Of a stretch of DNA of 64,000 nucleotides, positions 1 to 11,660 are shown one piece after another (within the stretch, counting starts at the first letter, position 1; the number at the start of each line of letters is the position of its first letter). The DNA comes from a bacterium. GTDB taxonomy: Bacteria > Acidobacteriota > Blastocatellia > HR10. The position numbers were made by a program, and so were the translations under genes. A model generated the notes under the pieces. That model had not been told where the DNA came from and did no database searches. It saw nothing but the letters and a program-made list of their open reading frames with translations. The DNA lies in NCBI GenBank assembly GCA_041640655.1, contig JBEPZV010000001.1:32001-96000 (forward strand). The letters are read 5' to 3'.

Positions 1-1281
1 GCGAAAATCCATCAGGACCGACCGGATGCGAATCGCATGACCGGGGAGCTTCGCCTCGACCTTCAACGAAATCCCCTCATCCGGCTGGATGCGTAAGACG
101 AGGACGTTCGGCTCCACCTGGTCGGCCGGACTCCGACCGAAGAGAAGAAGCGGCGGGTGCTTGAACTGAATGGCAATCTCGGTGATGCGCTTGGGCAGAC
201 GCTTGCCCGTTCGGAGATAAAAAGGGACGCCCGCCCAGCGCCAGTTCTCGATCGAGAGCTTCAGCGCAGCATACGTCTCTCGGGGTGAATCCGATTTCAC
301 GCCGGGCTCGGAGCGATAGGCGCGGACTTTCTCGCCGGCCACCCATCCTTCGTCGTACTGTCCTCGAACCGCCTCCTCAAGAGAGATCGGGCGAACGGCC
401 CGCAGGACCTTCACCTTCTCATCCCGCACGGCATCGGCCTCGAAGGCGACGGGCGGTTCCATGGCCGTCAAGGCCAAAAGCTGGAGCATGTGGTTTTGAA
501 CCATATCGCGCACCGCTCCCGCTTCCTCGTAATATGCCGCCCGCTCTTCGACGCCGACGGTTTCGGCCATCGTGATCTGGACGTGGTCAACGTAACGCCG
601 ATTCCACACCGGTTCAAAGATGCTGTTGGCGAACCGAAAGACGAGGATGTTCTGAACCGTCTCCTTCCCCAGGTAGTGATCAATACGATAGACCTGATCC
701 TCGCGGAAGACACGGCTGACAGTCTGGTTCAAAGCGCGCGCGGAATCGAGGTCTCGGCCAAAGGGCTTTTCGATGACGATTCGCGTCCAGCTCGCCGGGT
801 TGGAGGGTCGCGCCAATCCCGCCGCATCGAGGCCCCGGATGACGTCACCGTAGAGGCTGGGCGGCAAGGCCAGATAGAAAATCCGGTTGCCGGCAGTGGC
901 CCGCTCGCGATCAAGTCGGGAGAGCACAGCCCCCAATTGCTGATAACCTTCGGGGCCTCGAAAGTCCGCCGATAAATAAAAAAGGCTTCGAGCGAAATCT
1001 TCCCAGATCGCCGCCTCCGGCGATCCTGTGCCGGAGAAGGCCTCCACACCCGCTCGCATACGCGCGCGAAACTCATCGTCGCTCATCGGACTTCGGGCCA
1101 GACCGACAACGGCGAATCCCATCGGCAGCAGACGTCGGCGGGCCAGCGCGTACAGGGCAGGCACGAGCTTGCGCCGGGCCAAATCCCCAGACGCTCCGAA
1201 GATGACCAGGATGCACGGCTCAGGAGCACGGTCCACGGACAACCCCTCGCGCAAAGGATTGACCAGCGGTGATTCGTTCAT
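1..1281 (-). CDS. zwf: Glucose-6-phosphate 1-dehydrogenase (3' end runs off window; absent from ORF track)
   Basis: Manual translation from ATG 1281 is open to base 1: [61 protein letters not shown]. Confidence 0.97.
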   Translation of the reverse strand, partial: MNESPLVNPLREGLSVDRAPEPCILVIFGASGDLARRKLVPALYALARRRLLPMGFAVVGLARSPMSDDEFRARMRAGVEAFSGTGSPEAAIWEDFARSLFYLSADFRGPEGYQQLGAVLSRLDRERATAGNRIFYLALPPSLYGDVIRGLDAAGLARPSNPASWTRIVIEKPFGRDLDSARALNQTVSRVFREDQVYRIDHYLGKETVQNILVFRFANSIFEPVWNRRYVDHVQITMAETVGVEERAAYYEEAGAVRDMVQNHMLQLLALTAMEPPVAFEADAVRDEKVKVLRAVRPISLEEAVRGQYDEGWVAGEKVRAYRSEPGVKSDSPRETYAALKLSIENWRWAGVPFYLRTGKRLPKRITEIAIQFKHPPLLLFGRSPADQVEPNVLVLRIQPDEGISLKVEAKLPGHAIRIRSVLMDFR

Positions 1282-1285
1282 CGCC

Positions 1286-2269
1286 TCATTCCCCCGTAGG
1301 CCGCTCGACGTGGCCCCCGAAGAGATACCGCATGGCCGACAGCAGCTTCTCGGCGAAGGTATGCTCCTGCCGGGACCGGAATCGCGCATAGAGCGCGGCC
1401 GAGAGGACCTCCGCCGGCACGGCCTGCTCAATCGCCGTCATGATCGTCCAGCGCCCTTCCCCCGAATCCTGAACGATGCCCGTGTAGCGCGACAGCTCCG
1501 GGTCTTCCACCAGACCCCGCGCGATCAGGTCCAGCAACCAGGAGCGAATGACACTGCCCCGCCGCCACAGCTCGGCGATGTCCGCGAGATCGAACTCGTA
1601 GCGCGCCTCCTCCGGCAGATCGTGCGACCGCGCCGCGTGCAAAATATCGAAGCCCTCGGCATACGCCTGCATCACTCCGTATTCGATGCCATTATGAATC
1701 ATCTTGACGAAATGCCCGGCTCCCGACGGACCGCAATAGAGGTATCCCTCCTCCGCCGTGCTCGGGCGGGCGTCGCGTCCGGGCGTGCGCGGGATCGAGC
1801 CGCGACCCGGCGCCAGAGCGCGAAAGATCGGCTCCAGGAAGTCGAAGATCTCCTTCTCTCCGCCGACCATCAGGCAGTATCCCTGCTCCAATCCCCAGAG
1901 GCCTCCGCTTGTGCCCACATCGAGATAGTGAAGGCCCTTGCGCTTGAGGATCTGTGCTCGCCGCACATCATCTTTGAAGTAGGAGTTGCCGCCATCAACG
2001 AGGATGTCGCCGGGTTCCAGCCGCTCGGCCAGCGCAGCGATCGTCTGCTCGGTGGGATTCCCGGCGGGAACCATGAGCCACGCCACGCGGGGCGGGCGCA
2101 GGCATTGCACGAATTCCTCCAGCGAAGCCGCCCCCGTTGCCCCTTCGGCCACCAGCGACGCCACCCGATCCGGATTCCGGTCGAAAACGACGCATTCATG
2201 GCCGGCCCGCATCAGCCGCCGTACCATGTTCGCCCCCATCCTTCCTAAACCGATCATGCCGACTTGCAT
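1286..2269 (-). CDS. gnd: 6-phosphogluconate dehydrogenase, decarboxylating (short form)
   Basis: [12 protein letters not shown]ossmann motif, [31 protein letters not shown] before ATG 2269; adjacent to zwf. Confidence 0.95.
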   Translation of the reverse strand: MQVGMIGLGRMGANMVRRLMRAGHECVVFDRNPDRVASLVAEGATGAASLEEFVQCLRPPRVAWLMVPAGNPTEQTIAALAERLEPGDILVDGGNSYFKDDVRRAQILKRKGLHYLDVGTSGGLWGLEQGYCLMVGGEKEIFDFLEPIFRALAPGRGSIPRTPGRDARPSTAEEGYLYCGPSGAGHFVKMIHNGIEYGVMQAYAEGFDILHAARSHDLPEEARYEFDLADIAELWRRGSVIRSWLLDLIARGLVEDPELSRYTGIVQDSGEGRWTIMTAIEQAVPAEVLSAALYARFRSRQEHTFAEKLLSAMRYLFGGHVERPTGE

Positions 2270-2284
2270 ACTCGCTCCTCCCTC

Positions 2285-2544
2285 CTTCAAGTGGCAGATC
2301 ATAGCCATAAACGTACAGCAGGGTATAGAGCAATGCCGAGCCATGTCCGGCCGACAGACGGGAAGCGGTCGCGGTTGAACCACGACGGGTTTCGCGGATT
2401 GTGCCGCAGGAAGCGATCCCATAAAACATAAGCCATCGGCGCGGCTCCCAAAGGCAGACCCGGATGCCCGGAGTGAGCGTGCTCCACCGCATCCACAGCC
2501 AGGAAACGCAAGGTGTTCACACAGAGTTCATCCACGCTGTTCAT
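2285..2544 (-). pseudogene. tkt: Transketolase N-terminal fragment, frameshifted and truncated
   Basis: [28 protein letters not shown]...NRDRF, then [11 protein letters not shown] in another frame; ends after ~85 codons at the gnd RBS. Confidence 0.85.
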
Positions 2545-2630
2545 GAAGGCCCCCCAAATAATCCCTTGATTAAAAATCCCCGCTGTAACTAGATTCGTTG
2601 CCAATGACACATTCTCGCAGGTTTGTTCTT

Positions 2631-5030
2631 TCATCGCTTTCGAACTCTCACTTCGTAATCTCGGCCTTCCCATCGTTGGCCGTCGGTCCAAAAAAATGTG
2701 AAACGAACGGGCGCACTTTGTCCCCTGGCCACGGGGATGTCCACAAAGTAGATCCCGAGACCGCTGGGGCGAGAATCTGTGTCCTGGAAACTTTGCCATT
2801 CGTCCACAGTCCATCTGAGGCGAAACGGCGCCGGCGCCTGAACGCGCAGCACCTGTCCGGGCGCCGCTTGTCGCACCTGGCGGTTTGGTTTCCACACCTG
2901 AAGGTCTTTCCGTCCCCGCCCGGCACGATAGCGGTCGGCGACAATCGGGATCAGATCGAACACCTGACCATCGGCCGTAGACCGGAGCAGCTTGATGTAT
3001 TCGGCGTGCGCCCACATCAGGGGCATCGCAGAGCCTGCTGGCCGGCCCAGGTACAAGCCCAGCTCAGGTCTGTCCGGTTCGTCCCACACCTGCTCGGGAA
3101 GCATGCCTCCACGAGAAGCGAAACCCTCCATCGCGCGGATGTATCGCCGTACATCGCGGCCCGCCGCCAGCTCGTAATGGCCTCGTTCCCCCGTAAGAAG
3201 CGGCCACGCTCGCCCTCTTCCCCATCCTTCAAACGGGCCGCCGTCCGAACGCGTCCCGTATCCATCGTGGTTATAGCGCCGCCAGCAGGGACCGACGGGC
3301 GTCTCCACCTTGAGCACAGCGTCCACAACTTGAAGCGAATCCTCGATGAGCGGATCTCCCGGCTTGCGTATGCCGTATCGCACCAGCTCCAAAAAACCCG
3401 CATCCACGATGTCCTTGGCCGGAAACTCCCACGGCTCTCCCGGAGGCCGATTGCGAATCTGAAGCACGCCGCGATTCGGGTCTTCCTCCGGGGCAGGGTC
3501 GTTGATGTCGGTGGGAAGGATGCGGATGTAATGCCTTGAGATTCCCGGAACCAAACTTCCTTGTGTCGTCACGGTCCAGCGCTCGATGTGCGATTCCAGG
3601 AAGCCGGCATACTCTTCGAGAAAAACAGCAGACTGTTCCTGACCGCGAGACCGGGCGAAGTCGGCAGCGCAGATCAGCGCGGCAATCGTCGCGGCCAACG
3701 TCGAAGGCGAATAGCCGCTGTTTTCCTCCCACCGTTCCTGCTGCGTCGCCGGACCCTGTCGGATCAAGTACGCGGCGGCCGCCGTGACCATCGGATAAGG
3801 ATCGAAATCGCCCAGCGCATCGGCCCTCCACAGTCGCCAGGCAAGCATCACCGGGAACGCCACCTCGTCAAGCTGAATGCCGCTCCAGTACGGCGTGCCA
3901 TCAAGCCAGAAGTTTTGCGGAAAGCCTCCGTCAGGACGTTGCGAGCAGGCCAGATAGATGAGCGCCCGGCGCGGCGTGACCGTGTTGCCGCTGGCCAGAA
4001 GGCCGGTCGCGCTCTGAACCATGTCGCGCGTCCAGACCAAATGATAGCCGCCGAGATCCTCGTCCCCCTTGACCTCTCCCCAGGGAATGCTCGCGGAGGC
4101 GATCAGCGCCCCCGCGAACGTTTTATCCTCGTGCGCCAGCAACAAACTGTGACTGATGCGGTAGAGTCGCCCACGATCGCCGGAGTAACGGTCCAGATCG
4201 AGAATCTCACAGCAGACGCGGTGCCACTGCTCGATGTACCTCTCTCTGTGTTCAACAAAAGGCACGCTCAGCGATTGAAAGAGGGTGGTCACAGCGGCAT
4301 GCTCCGTGTCGCCGAAGGCTAATCCCACGGTGAACTCCCCACCGTTGGAGAGCGCGAGCTGCCCGATGGCAGCGACGTTGCCGTCGTCCGCCCGGTCGAA
4401 TTCCCAATCCATGCGAAAGTTCTCTTTGAGGTCCTGCCAGCCGTCGCTTGCGCCCACGTATCCGCAGGATGTCCTGCTGAACCCGACCTGGGCGCCCATC
4501 GCCAGAAAGGTCTGTCCCTTCCAGGCCACGAGAATGTCATGGCCGGCGACGCGAACCCTCCGGACCGAGTTGCCCCAACCGCCGACCTCCAGATGAGGGG
4601 CGAGCAGCGCGTACACCTGCAGCCGGTCCCGCCAGTCACCCTCGGCGTCGAGGCGGGCGCGGATCAGAACACACGGTTCGTGAGGGTCCGAGATGACCTC
4701 CTTGATGATTCGATAGCGGCCTTCTTTGTCGGCGCTTTCGATCCGATAGCCCAGCGTGTGGCGCTCGATGTACTCGATCCGGTGGATGAGGTCTCGCTTT
4801 TCCTCGTGAAAGAAGGTCTCCCCATCGGTGATGAGAAATTGAAAGTCCCGGATTTGGGGACGGTCAATCCTCGGATAATAGACTTCGTTGCGGATGCCGT
4901 GCGATATCGTGAACCACACGCGGCTGGACGTGTTGTAGGCGGTTCCCACTCCCTCCTTCGAGCTGGACGTCCATCGGGGCGGAATCCCCGGGGAGCCGAA
5001 GGCACTTCCCCCCTTCACACCATCACTCAT
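2631..5030 (-). CDS. Glucoamylase/glucodextranase, glycoside hydrolase family 15
   Basis: WFTISHG N-domain, [47 protein letters not shown]. Confidence 0.93.
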   Translation of the reverse strand: MSDGVKGGSAFGSPGIPPRWTSSSKEGVGTAYNTSSRVWFTISHGIRNEVYYPRIDRPQIRDFQFLITDGETFFHEEKRDLIHRIEYIERHTLGYRIESADKEGRYRIIKEVISDPHEPCVLIRARLDAEGDWRDRLQVYALLAPHLEVGGWGNSVRRVRVAGHDILVAWKGQTFLAMGAQVGFSRTSCGYVGASDGWQDLKENFRMDWEFDRADDGNVAAIGQLALSNGGEFTVGLAFGDTEHAAVTTLFQSLSVPFVEHRERYIEQWHRVCCEILDLDRYSGDRGRLYRISHSLLLAHEDKTFAGALIASASIPWGEVKGDEDLGGYHLVWTRDMVQSATGLLASGNTVTPRRALIYLACSQRPDGGFPQNFWLDGTPYWSGIQLDEVAFPVMLAWRLWRADALGDFDPYPMVTAAAAYLIRQGPATQQERWEENSGYSPSTLAATIAALICAADFARSRGQEQSAVFLEEYAGFLESHIERWTVTTQGSLVPGISRHYIRILPTDINDPAPEEDPNRGVLQIRNRPPGEPWEFPAKDIVDAGFLELVRYGIRKPGDPLIEDSLQVVDAVLKVETPVGPCWRRYNHDGYGTRSDGGPFEGWGRGRAWPLLTGERGHYELAAGRDVRRYIRAMEGFASRGGMLPEQVWDEPDRPELGLYLGRPAGSAMPLMWAHAEYIKLLRSTADGQVFDLIPIVADRYRAGRGRKDLQVWKPNRQVRQAAPGQVLRVQAPAPFRLRWTVDEWQSFQDTDSRPSGLGIYFVDIPVARGQSAPVRFTFFWTDGQRWEGRDYEVRVRKR

Positions 5031-5099
5031 CGTTCACCTCACACCTTCCTCGACATCGGCGGCCATCACTCTCCAGTCGCCCTTCGGCGGGCCGACCCG

Positions 5100-5280
5100 A
5101 CGACGCGGATAAATCTCCCACAAAAAGCCACCGAACTCCAGCGCTCCGGCAACGACCATGAGGATCTCACTCGGAAAAGGGAGGCCGATCATATCCCGGA
5201 GGACGCCGAGAATAACCGGTCTTGAGCCGTTGCCGCATATCACCACTCACTGTCGGCGATTCAGCCGATGAAATCCGTAA
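5100..5280 (-). pseudogene. Possible DedA-family N-terminal remnant
   Basis: IGLPFPSEILMVVAGAL resembles the DedA GxPxPxExxLxxAG motif; no full-length ORF. Confidence 0.35.
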
Positions 5281-5382
5281 GAGACCTCACACTCACATGC
5301 GATGAGAAGCCGAGGCCATCCCCATCCTCTGCCCTTGAGCCACCAACTCAGGAAAGAAGCCGAACCAAAGGAGCGCCCAGCC

Positions 5383-6132
5383 TCAGTTTGCCTGAGACCG
5401 TCGAACACCGATAGCAATGATGATCTTCCCCGGAGTGTAGGTCGTGCCGTTGACCGAGACCTGACGACCGCCCGCGAGTCGGGCCCAACCGCGAATGAGC
5501 GTGATGTTGGGATAGACATCCATCACGTTGATGTATTTGCCCTGCCGCAGTGCCGCCACCAACTCATCCTTCTGCTCGATGACGCGCCGCCAATCCGACG
5601 GCGGCGGGCAGGCGGTGAGTCCTTCGAATTTCGGATAGGCGGAGCGGTAGCAGAGCTCCGCCGCTTTGATCAATGTCTTCGAGGGCACGCAGCCGATGTT
5701 CACACAAGTGCCGCCGATGGTGCCGCCCTCGACAATGGCCACGTTCGCGCCCAACTCTGCGCCTTTGATCGCGGCCGCAAACGCCGCCGACCCGCCGCCG
5801 ATGATCATGAGATCGTAATCGGCGCCTTCCGGCTTCGGTGCTCGACGCTCCCCTTCCACCGGGGTCCCCATGCGATCTATAGATCGCATGGGGTGCCCGA
5901 GTGGTCGTCGTTCGCGCACCAGCGCGCGATAGCCCGCGTCTCTGACGGCGCTCATCAACGCTTCATCAGCGACCGCCGTTTCAGCGATGACCGTGGCGTG
6001 CCCCGAGCGCCAGCCGGGCACGTGAGCTTCCACACCCCCCATGACGCCCTTCAACGCCTCGGTCACATGCCGGGCGCAACCGTCGCAGGTCATCCCTTCA
6101 ATGCGTAAAGTGAGATGTGTTCTTTCCGTCAT
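5383..6132 (-). pseudogene. merA: Mercuric reductase-like gene (HMA plus start of FAD domain), truncated at ~250 aa
   Basis: GMTCDGC HMA domain, IIGGGSAAFAAA, GGTCVNIGCVPSK; stops just after KIIIAIG; NADPH/dimerisation domains and C-terminal CC missing. Confidence 0.8.
5861..5898. repeat. 38-bp palindromic element, in-frame in the merA linker
   Basis: GGGGTCCCCATGCGATCTATAGATCGCATGGGGTGCCC; identical to 25845-25882. Confidence 0.9.
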
Positions 6133-6145
6133 TTTACCGACCTCC

Positions 6146-7198
6146 TCAGGTCTGATTTTCTTCAGAAACATAGCCTGCACATCCATCACCAGAAGTTCTC
6201 GCATCCGCAAACCATGCGGCGGTTGGCGCAGTGACCGGCTGGACTCGTCGCTTGGCTACGGCTGAGAAAACAATCAAACTCGGAATTTCCAGCACCGGCT
6301 CGATCAACTGGCTGAGAGCCACGACCGGATGCGCGGGAAACAAGACGACCGCCAGCGGCAGCGCCAGCGGCGAGTTCCGCGCCGTGGTCGTACAGGCCAG
6401 GGCGATGAACCTCTCTCGTGGATAATGCAGCCACCGGGACACGAGCCAGGACAAAGAGAAGGAGATCAGATAGAAGCTCAGCATGGGTGGTCCCATCCTC
6501 AGAAAGAGGGTCGGGCGCTTCAGCACGATCTCCCCATGGCTGGTGAACATCGCCATCACAGTCAGCGCCAGCGCCGCAAAACCGAGCCGAGTTAGCCGCC
6601 CGGACACGGCCACCCGCGGACGACGCCAGCGCACGAGTTGCGCGGCCACAAGCGGAATCGCCACATACAGGGCGAAAGCCCGCGCCAACGTGCTCAGGTC
6701 CACCGGCATCAGGGTTTGCGTGAAGACCAACAAGTAGACCGGCAGCAAGACGAGTTGGAGAATCAGATTCCATGGCAACAGCGCCAGATTGCGGTGCACG
6801 TCGCCCCCGGCCAAGTCGGTGAAGATCAGGTACCAATCAGTGCAGGGAGTAATGAGCGCCAGCACCAGTCCCACCCAGAGCGCCGGCTCATCCCGCAGGA
6901 ACACCCAGCCCAAGCAAAAGGCAATGAGCGGCGTACTCACAAAGTTCAATCCCACCGCCGTCAAAAGGTAGCGCCAATCGCGGGCGGCCTCCCGGAGCCG
7001 TCCCAGTGACACGCGGGCGAAGAGCGTAAACAACACAACCATCAAAAAAGGCGTAATGAGTCGTTGAGCTCCATCTTCCGCTCCAGGTAGCCACACGGCC
7101 AAGCCCACGCCAACGGCTGCCGCGCCCAGCAAGACTGCTGGTTCAGCCAGATCTCGCACAAGGTGAGAGAGCATGATCGCCTCATTCCGTTGTTTCAT
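6146..7198 (-). CDS. ACR3/bile-acid:Na+ symporter-family arsenic resistance protein
   Basis: Multi-TM; ITPCTDWYLIFT, LLPWNLILQ, ARNSPLAL, EPVLEIP. Confidence 0.8.
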   Translation of the reverse strand: MKQRNEAIMLSHLVRDLAEPAVLLGAAAVGVGLAVWLPGAEDGAQRLITPFLMVVLFTLFARVSLGRLREAARDWRYLLTAVGLNFVSTPLIAFCLGWVFLRDEPALWVGLVLALITPCTDWYLIFTDLAGGDVHRNLALLPWNLILQLVLLPVYLLVFTQTLMPVDLSTLARAFALYVAIPLVAAQLVRWRRPRVAVSGRLTRLGFAALALTVMAMFTSHGEIVLKRPTLFLRMGPPMLSFYLISFSLSWLVSRWLHYPRERFIALACTTTARNSPLALPLAVVLFPAHPVVALSQLIEPVLEIPSLIVFSAVAKRRVQPVTAPTAAWFADARTSGDGCAGYVSEENQT

Positions 7199-7240
7199 CG
7201 AATCACCAGTTTCTCCTGATCCTCAACAAGGGCTGAAAGA

Positions 7241-8080
7241 TTACGTCAGAAACATAGCATGCACAATCATCACCGTTCCAACCAGGACGAAGAGAAGCGA
7301 CAGCCCTCGTTTCAGCGCCTCCGATTCGATGTGGCTGGCCAGATAGCTCCCCAATTGCCCGCCGAGGATGGCACCGGGAATGGTCCAGAGAGCAAGGTTC
7401 CAAACGGGCCGACCAACAAGGACGCGCGTGCTGGCCCCCGCCATGACGGTCAGGGCCATGGTGAACACAGCCGTCGCCGCCGCGATGCGAACGGGAATTT
7501 TGCAACGGAGCACCATCGCCGGCGTGTTCAGTTCGCCGCCGCCGATGGCGACCAGCCCCGACCCTAATCCGGCGAGCACGCTGATGCCCAGGAGTTGTCC
7601 TCGCCGACACACCCGGTACGAGAAGACTCGACCCTGACGATCAATGAGCGTGCGCACGCCGGGCGATCCAGGATTCCGTATCACCTCCTGAGTGACGAGG
7701 GCGGTCTCGCTCGGCGAGCGATAGAGCAACCACGCGATGAGCAAGATAGCCCCGCCGAAAATCATCTGGAGTAAAGCCCCCGGTGCCCGCACCGACAGCC
7801 ATGACCCGAGAATCGCTGCTGGCACAGCTCCCAGGGCCAAAAACAATGCCAGTTTGTAGTCTATCAGCTTGCGCCGCCCGTAGCCGATGACGCCGCTCGA
7901 CATGCTGAAGACTTCGGTGACCAACGCCGTTCCAATTGCCGCTTCCGGTGATAATTTCAGCACCAGGATGAAAAACGGCCCGCAGACGACATTGCCCCCG
8001 ACACCGCCCATGATCGTCATCGTGCAGCCGAGCACCACAACCGGGAAGGCAAACCAGTACTCGGTGAGGTACTCAATCAC
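7241..8080 (-). CDS. Sulfite exporter TauE/SafE family protein
   Basis: GVGG...P, AIGTAL, GLVAIGGG...P, GAILGGQLG repeats; about 8 TM. Confidence 0.85.
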   Translation of the reverse strand: MIEYLTEYWFAFPVVVLGCTMTIMGGVGGNVVCGPFFILVLKLSPEAAIGTALVTEVFSMSSGVIGYGRRKLIDYKLALFLALGAVPAAILGSWLSVRAPGALLQMIFGGAILLIAWLLYRSPSETALVTQEVIRNPGSPGVRTLIDRQGRVFSYRVCRRGQLLGISVLAGLGSGLVAIGGGELNTPAMVLRCKIPVRIAAATAVFTMALTVMAGASTRVLVGRPVWNLALWTIPGAILGGQLGSYLASHIESEALKRGLSLLFVLVGTVMIVHAMFLT

Positions 8081-8099
8081 AGGTGTTGCCGCTACGAGT

Positions 8100-8650
8100 C
8101 ATTCTGTTTTGAAGTCCTCCGGCCACCATGGCCGTTGAGTTCTGCGTTCTCGCCAAGCCAAGGCGATCTCAGGAGAATCGCCTCTGAGATAATCAACCAG
8201 GCGAGCTCACTGAGCCGCTAGGAGCACCTCGCCCCGAAGCGCGCGATGAGCCACGGGCCGAGACCACAGACAACCGCCGTGGCGGAAGCACAACCGATGA
8301 TCCTCCAACCGCTCAACTGCACGCCAACCAACGACAGCAAGGGATTCCCGCTCGCCCCTTGGGCGAGCTATTCGGATGACACCTCGGGCAACACCCTCAC
8401 TCGGCCTGCCTCGCCACCCAATGCCCAAACCAGTTACACGCATCGCCGTGCGCACGTCTTGATCCTGACCCTCCCCCTCACGGACGACGAAGAGCATTTC
8501 CCAATTCCATTTGCCCCTCGCCGCCTTGCCCCCCAATCCACCGCTTGAGCGCAGCCGCCACGGGTCATCCGCGTGACCCCCGGGCTGAAACAAATGCGGC
8601 AATGGCTGGAGGACAGTACGGTGTGTGACTTCGCCATCGCCGTCTGCTGC
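8100..8650 (-). pseudogene. Decayed HMA/MerT-like remnants
   Basis: MTRGGCAQAV (degenerate GMTCGGCA) and GCASATAVVCGLGPWLIA* (MerT TM1-like) fragments downstream of a MerR-type promoter. Confidence 0.35.
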
Positions 8651-8704
8651 TTTCACGGTACATCCAGCCGTGATTGTTTTCCCCTTTCTCAGCACCAAAG
8701 GCTC

Positions 8705-8736
8705 AGTATAAACTCTGGAGTTGAGTCTTGAGTCAA
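8705..8736 (-). promoter_or_regulatory. MerR-family (ZntR-type) promoter with 20-bp spacer, dyad partly decayed
   Basis: TTGACT-caagactcaactccagagtt-TATACT. Confidence 0.7.
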
Positions 8737-8799
8737 GCGCCTTTCCCTTCAACGCCCCGATTTGGGCCTCCCGGGATGGCGGATCACTTTTCCGGCGAT

Positions 8800-8841
8800 T
8801 GTGAAATGGTTTACAGAGATGATCGAGCGCATAGGTAAAAT
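8800..8841 (+). promoter_or_regulatory. Crp/Fnr-type site with class II -10
   Basis: TGTGA-AATGGT-TTACA (8800-8815), TAAAAT at 8836. Confidence 0.55.
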
Positions 8842-8988
8842 GGGGGTGGCGACAGAAAAGGGGCGATCATGTTGTTGAGTCTGTTACGAGATCGGGAAAG
8901 CCCCTGTGAAATCGTCTATGAGCGACGCTCCACGCAATACAGGAAGACCCATCGCCCGCCCAGTTGAGGTGGGAGAAAGGAGGACGAA

Positions 8989-9195
8989 ATGACGCTCGAT
9001 AGACCGGATCATGTCATCTTCGGAGCCATCGTCATCGGCATTCTCGCGGTGATCGTGATGGCGGCGATCCGATGGCATCGCGGACGATGCCCAACGGTGA
9101 TCTCGATCCTCCCGGACGAGGAGGCGCGACCCTTCGACCGAGCGCCATCCGGGCCGATCGGGGAAATGGGCCCGTCGCCGAAGAAATCACTCTGA
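8989..9195 (+). CDS. Small single-TM hypothetical protein
   Basis: AAGGAGG RBS, one hydrophobic helix, Crp-type promoter upstream. Confidence 0.5.
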   Translation: MTLDRPDHVIFGAIVIGILAVIVMAAIRWHRGRCPTVISILPDEEARPFDRAPSGPIGEMGPSPKKSL

Positions 9196-9302
9196 GAACA
9201 TGGCCGGCTCGACGCCCGTCAGATCAAACACCACCGGCGGCGTCACGAGCGGCCCGCCATCGGCTACGGGTTCACCGTGCCCCCCCGTGGGGGATGCTCT
9301 GT

Positions 9303-10052
9303 TCAGAACCCGGACGTCGGACACCTCAAGGAGGGACCCCCCTGCATGAGCCACGACTCCATCTCCACTTCCCGCTGAACGACACGCCGCAGGTGATCTC
9401 GATCAACGATCAGGGAGCCGTAACGCGACTGCAGGACGCCTTGCCTCTTGAACTCATTCACGATGGCGTTCACGCGCTCGCGGGTGACCCCGAGCATCCG
9501 CGCGAGTTCGTCTTGAGAGAATCTGACGATGCACACGGACGCGCTCGCCTGTTCTCGATCTCCCGCGCAGAGCCGATCGAGGAGCTTCAGGAATCGCTGC
9601 CGCGCCGTCGAGAACGCCAGGTCCTCGATCTCCTCTTGCAGCTCGTGCACCCGTCGCATGAGCACGCGGATGAAGTTGATGGCGACTTGTGGTCGCCGCG
9701 CGCACAGCGAGAGGAAATCCCGCTCCGTGAGCGCGCAGAGCCAGACATCGGTACGCGCTCTCGCTTCGGTCTGTCCCCGGTCCTCTGCCGGCACAAACAG
9801 CTCACCAAAGACATCGCCACTTTTGAGCAGGCCGAGAATGATCTCCTTCCCTTCGCACGTGACCGCCTGAATGGTCACCTCTCCCTCTCCGATGATGTAG
9901 AGAGCGGGATCCGACCGGCCCATAGGGTAAATGAACTGACCTGCGGAGAAATAGCGCATCGGCGCGATCCGCGAGAGCTCTTGCAGCTCTCGCTCGCTCA
10001 AGCCGTCGAGGATGCACACCTGGCGCAAGCACCAGAAACTTTCTCTGGTCAT
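9303..10052 (-). CDS. Crp/Fnr family transcriptional regulator
   Basis: cNMP-binding fold (GDVFGE) plus HTH SQDELARMLGVTRERVN. Confidence 0.92.
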   Translation of the reverse strand: MTRESFWCLRQVCILDGLSERELQELSRIAPMRYFSAGQFIYPMGRSDPALYIIGEGEVTIQAVTCEGKEIILGLLKSGDVFGELFVPAEDRGQTEARARTDVWLCALTERDFLSLCARRPQVAINFIRVLMRRVHELQEEIEDLAFSTARQRFLKLLDRLCAGDREQASASVCIVRFSQDELARMLGVTRERVNAIVNEFKRQGVLQSRYGSLIVDRDHLRRVVQREVEMESWLMQGGPSLRCPTSGF

Positions 10053-10209
10053 AATCCCCTCCTTTGAGGAGTGGTCCGCGATGGTGTTCAGCGGCAGGGA
10101 CTACAACTACTCCCGCCTCCTCCAGCCGTCTCCCCTCTCACTGGATTTGCCCGCTGCCCCACTGGCCGGCTGCCCTGGCACTGCCCGCAGGCTTTCTGTC
10201 CCTGAGGGG

Positions 10210-11028
10210 TTAAGAGGGTTTCCCCATCGAGAGATCGTGTGCTTTCCTTGAACGAAGCGCTTCGCCAAAGAGCGTGAAGATGCTTCCGGCGTGACGGACG
10301 TACCGCTCCAGCAAAAGCCCCAGCATCACCCCGTAAGCGATGTGGGCCGTGAGGCTCACCATGAGGATTCCGTAGCCCTGCTTGAGACCAAAGTAGCCGG
10401 TGTCCATCGCCACGACCATCGGTGGAGTGGTCATCATCCCGAGCTCGATGATCAAGCCCCAGATCAATCCTCCCCACCAGCGAGATTTTCCAACCACTAA
10501 GGCATAGGTCAACCCGAAGCAGGCCCCGACCCAATAGTGGTAGAGATAGCCGACGCTATCCGAAAACGTTGATGGTCCAACGGCCATCTGATCAAGCAGC
10601 AGCACGCCAAACATTCTGGGCATATTGCCCGGCATCAGCCCCATCTGAAACCCGGTCAATCGAATCGTGTCGAGGACAGCCGTCGTTGCGGCTCCGACCC
10701 AGAGGCCCGTCCAGATCCGGTTCGTGAGCCGTGTCATCTCCAAGCTTTTCGCAGTGATCCCGACCAGCACCAGCAATACCAGCGAGGGGATCAACGCCCA
10801 CTTCGCCAGCAACGGCATCTCAGGCATTCCCGGCGTCAGAGCTACGACCAAACTATTCGGTCCGATCGCCGCGACCACCAGCGCCAGCGCCGTGAGAATC
10901 AGTTCCAAGAGAGTAGCGCGGTGTGGGTAGGCTTCGGGTGGAGGGACCTCCCACCGCCTCCGCCACATGAAGATCGTGACGAGCCACCCGACCGCGACAA
11001 ACAAGATGTCAATCCAGGTGATCGGCAT
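10210..11028 (-). CDS. Multi-pass membrane protein (His/Met-containing; C-terminal half similar to 42525-42995)
   Basis: Hydrophobic; GYLYHYWVG, GLIWGL, SLTAHIAYG. Confidence 0.7.
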   Translation of the reverse strand: MPITWIDILFVAVGWLVTIFMWRRRWEVPPPEAYPHRATLLELILTALALVVAAIGPNSLVVALTPGMPEMPLLAKWALIPSLVLLVLVGITAKSLEMTRLTNRIWTGLWVGAATTAVLDTIRLTGFQMGLMPGNMPRMFGVLLLDQMAVGPSTFSDSVGYLYHYWVGACFGLTYALVVGKSRWWGGLIWGLIIELGMMTTPPMVVAMDTGYFGLKQGYGILMVSLTAHIAYGVMLGLLLERYVRHAGSIFTLFGEALRSRKAHDLSMGKPS

Positions 11029-11044
11029 ACTCCCGCAACGGCGA

Positions 11045-11554
11045 TTACCGGGTTGCCTTTTCCACAATTTGAGCCACCATCGTGTCCATCATCTCCCCGG
11101 CCTTTTTGACTCCCTCATCACCGTAGCTGGAATAACCCGGTGAAAACTTGTAATAACTCACCACGGTCTTCCCATCCGACCGCTCCCAGACGTAAATCTT
11201 CCCTGGCATTTCGAGCCCGACCTCGGGATGCATCGGGAGTAACATCTTCCCCATGTCTGGCTTGCCGAACTCGATGGTCTTTGATCCCTTAATCCTCGCG
11301 CCTACCATGGTGAGCATGTTCTGGTGGTCAATAGTGGCGACGATCATCATCCCCCGCTCCTTGAGCGCCTTGATGAGATTGTCAACCGTCTGAGCAAAGG
11401 GATGCGCGGACACGACGTCTACTCGATTCCCCCTCTCCGTGCGCTGCGCCGGTTCGACAGGGGTCGCTCCCATCGGAGGCTTTTCCGAGGCGGCAACAAA
11501 AACCAAGCTTCCAGTGAGGACAACGAGCAACATGATGCGGTTCATGCTCTTCAT
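11045..11554 (-). CDS. DUF302 family exported protein
   Basis: Signal peptide; ATIDHQ, IEFGKP, VGLEMPGKIYVWE. Confidence 0.75.
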   Translation of the reverse strand: MKSMNRIMLLVVLTGSLVFVAASEKPPMGATPVEPAQRTERGNRVDVVSAHPFAQTVDNLIKALKERGMMIVATIDHQNMLTMVGARIKGSKTIEFGKPDMGKMLLPMHPEVGLEMPGKIYVWERSDGKTVVSYYKFSPGYSSYGDEGVKKAGEMMDTMVAQIVEKATR

Positions 11555-11660
11555 AGTCTTTCCTCCTTTCGTTGATTTTTTGCTGAGCCGTTTCCTGTCA
11601 TGCTCGAAGCGAATCTCTCACTCATCACCAATAACGTTCTACCACTGGTCCTACGCCTCC

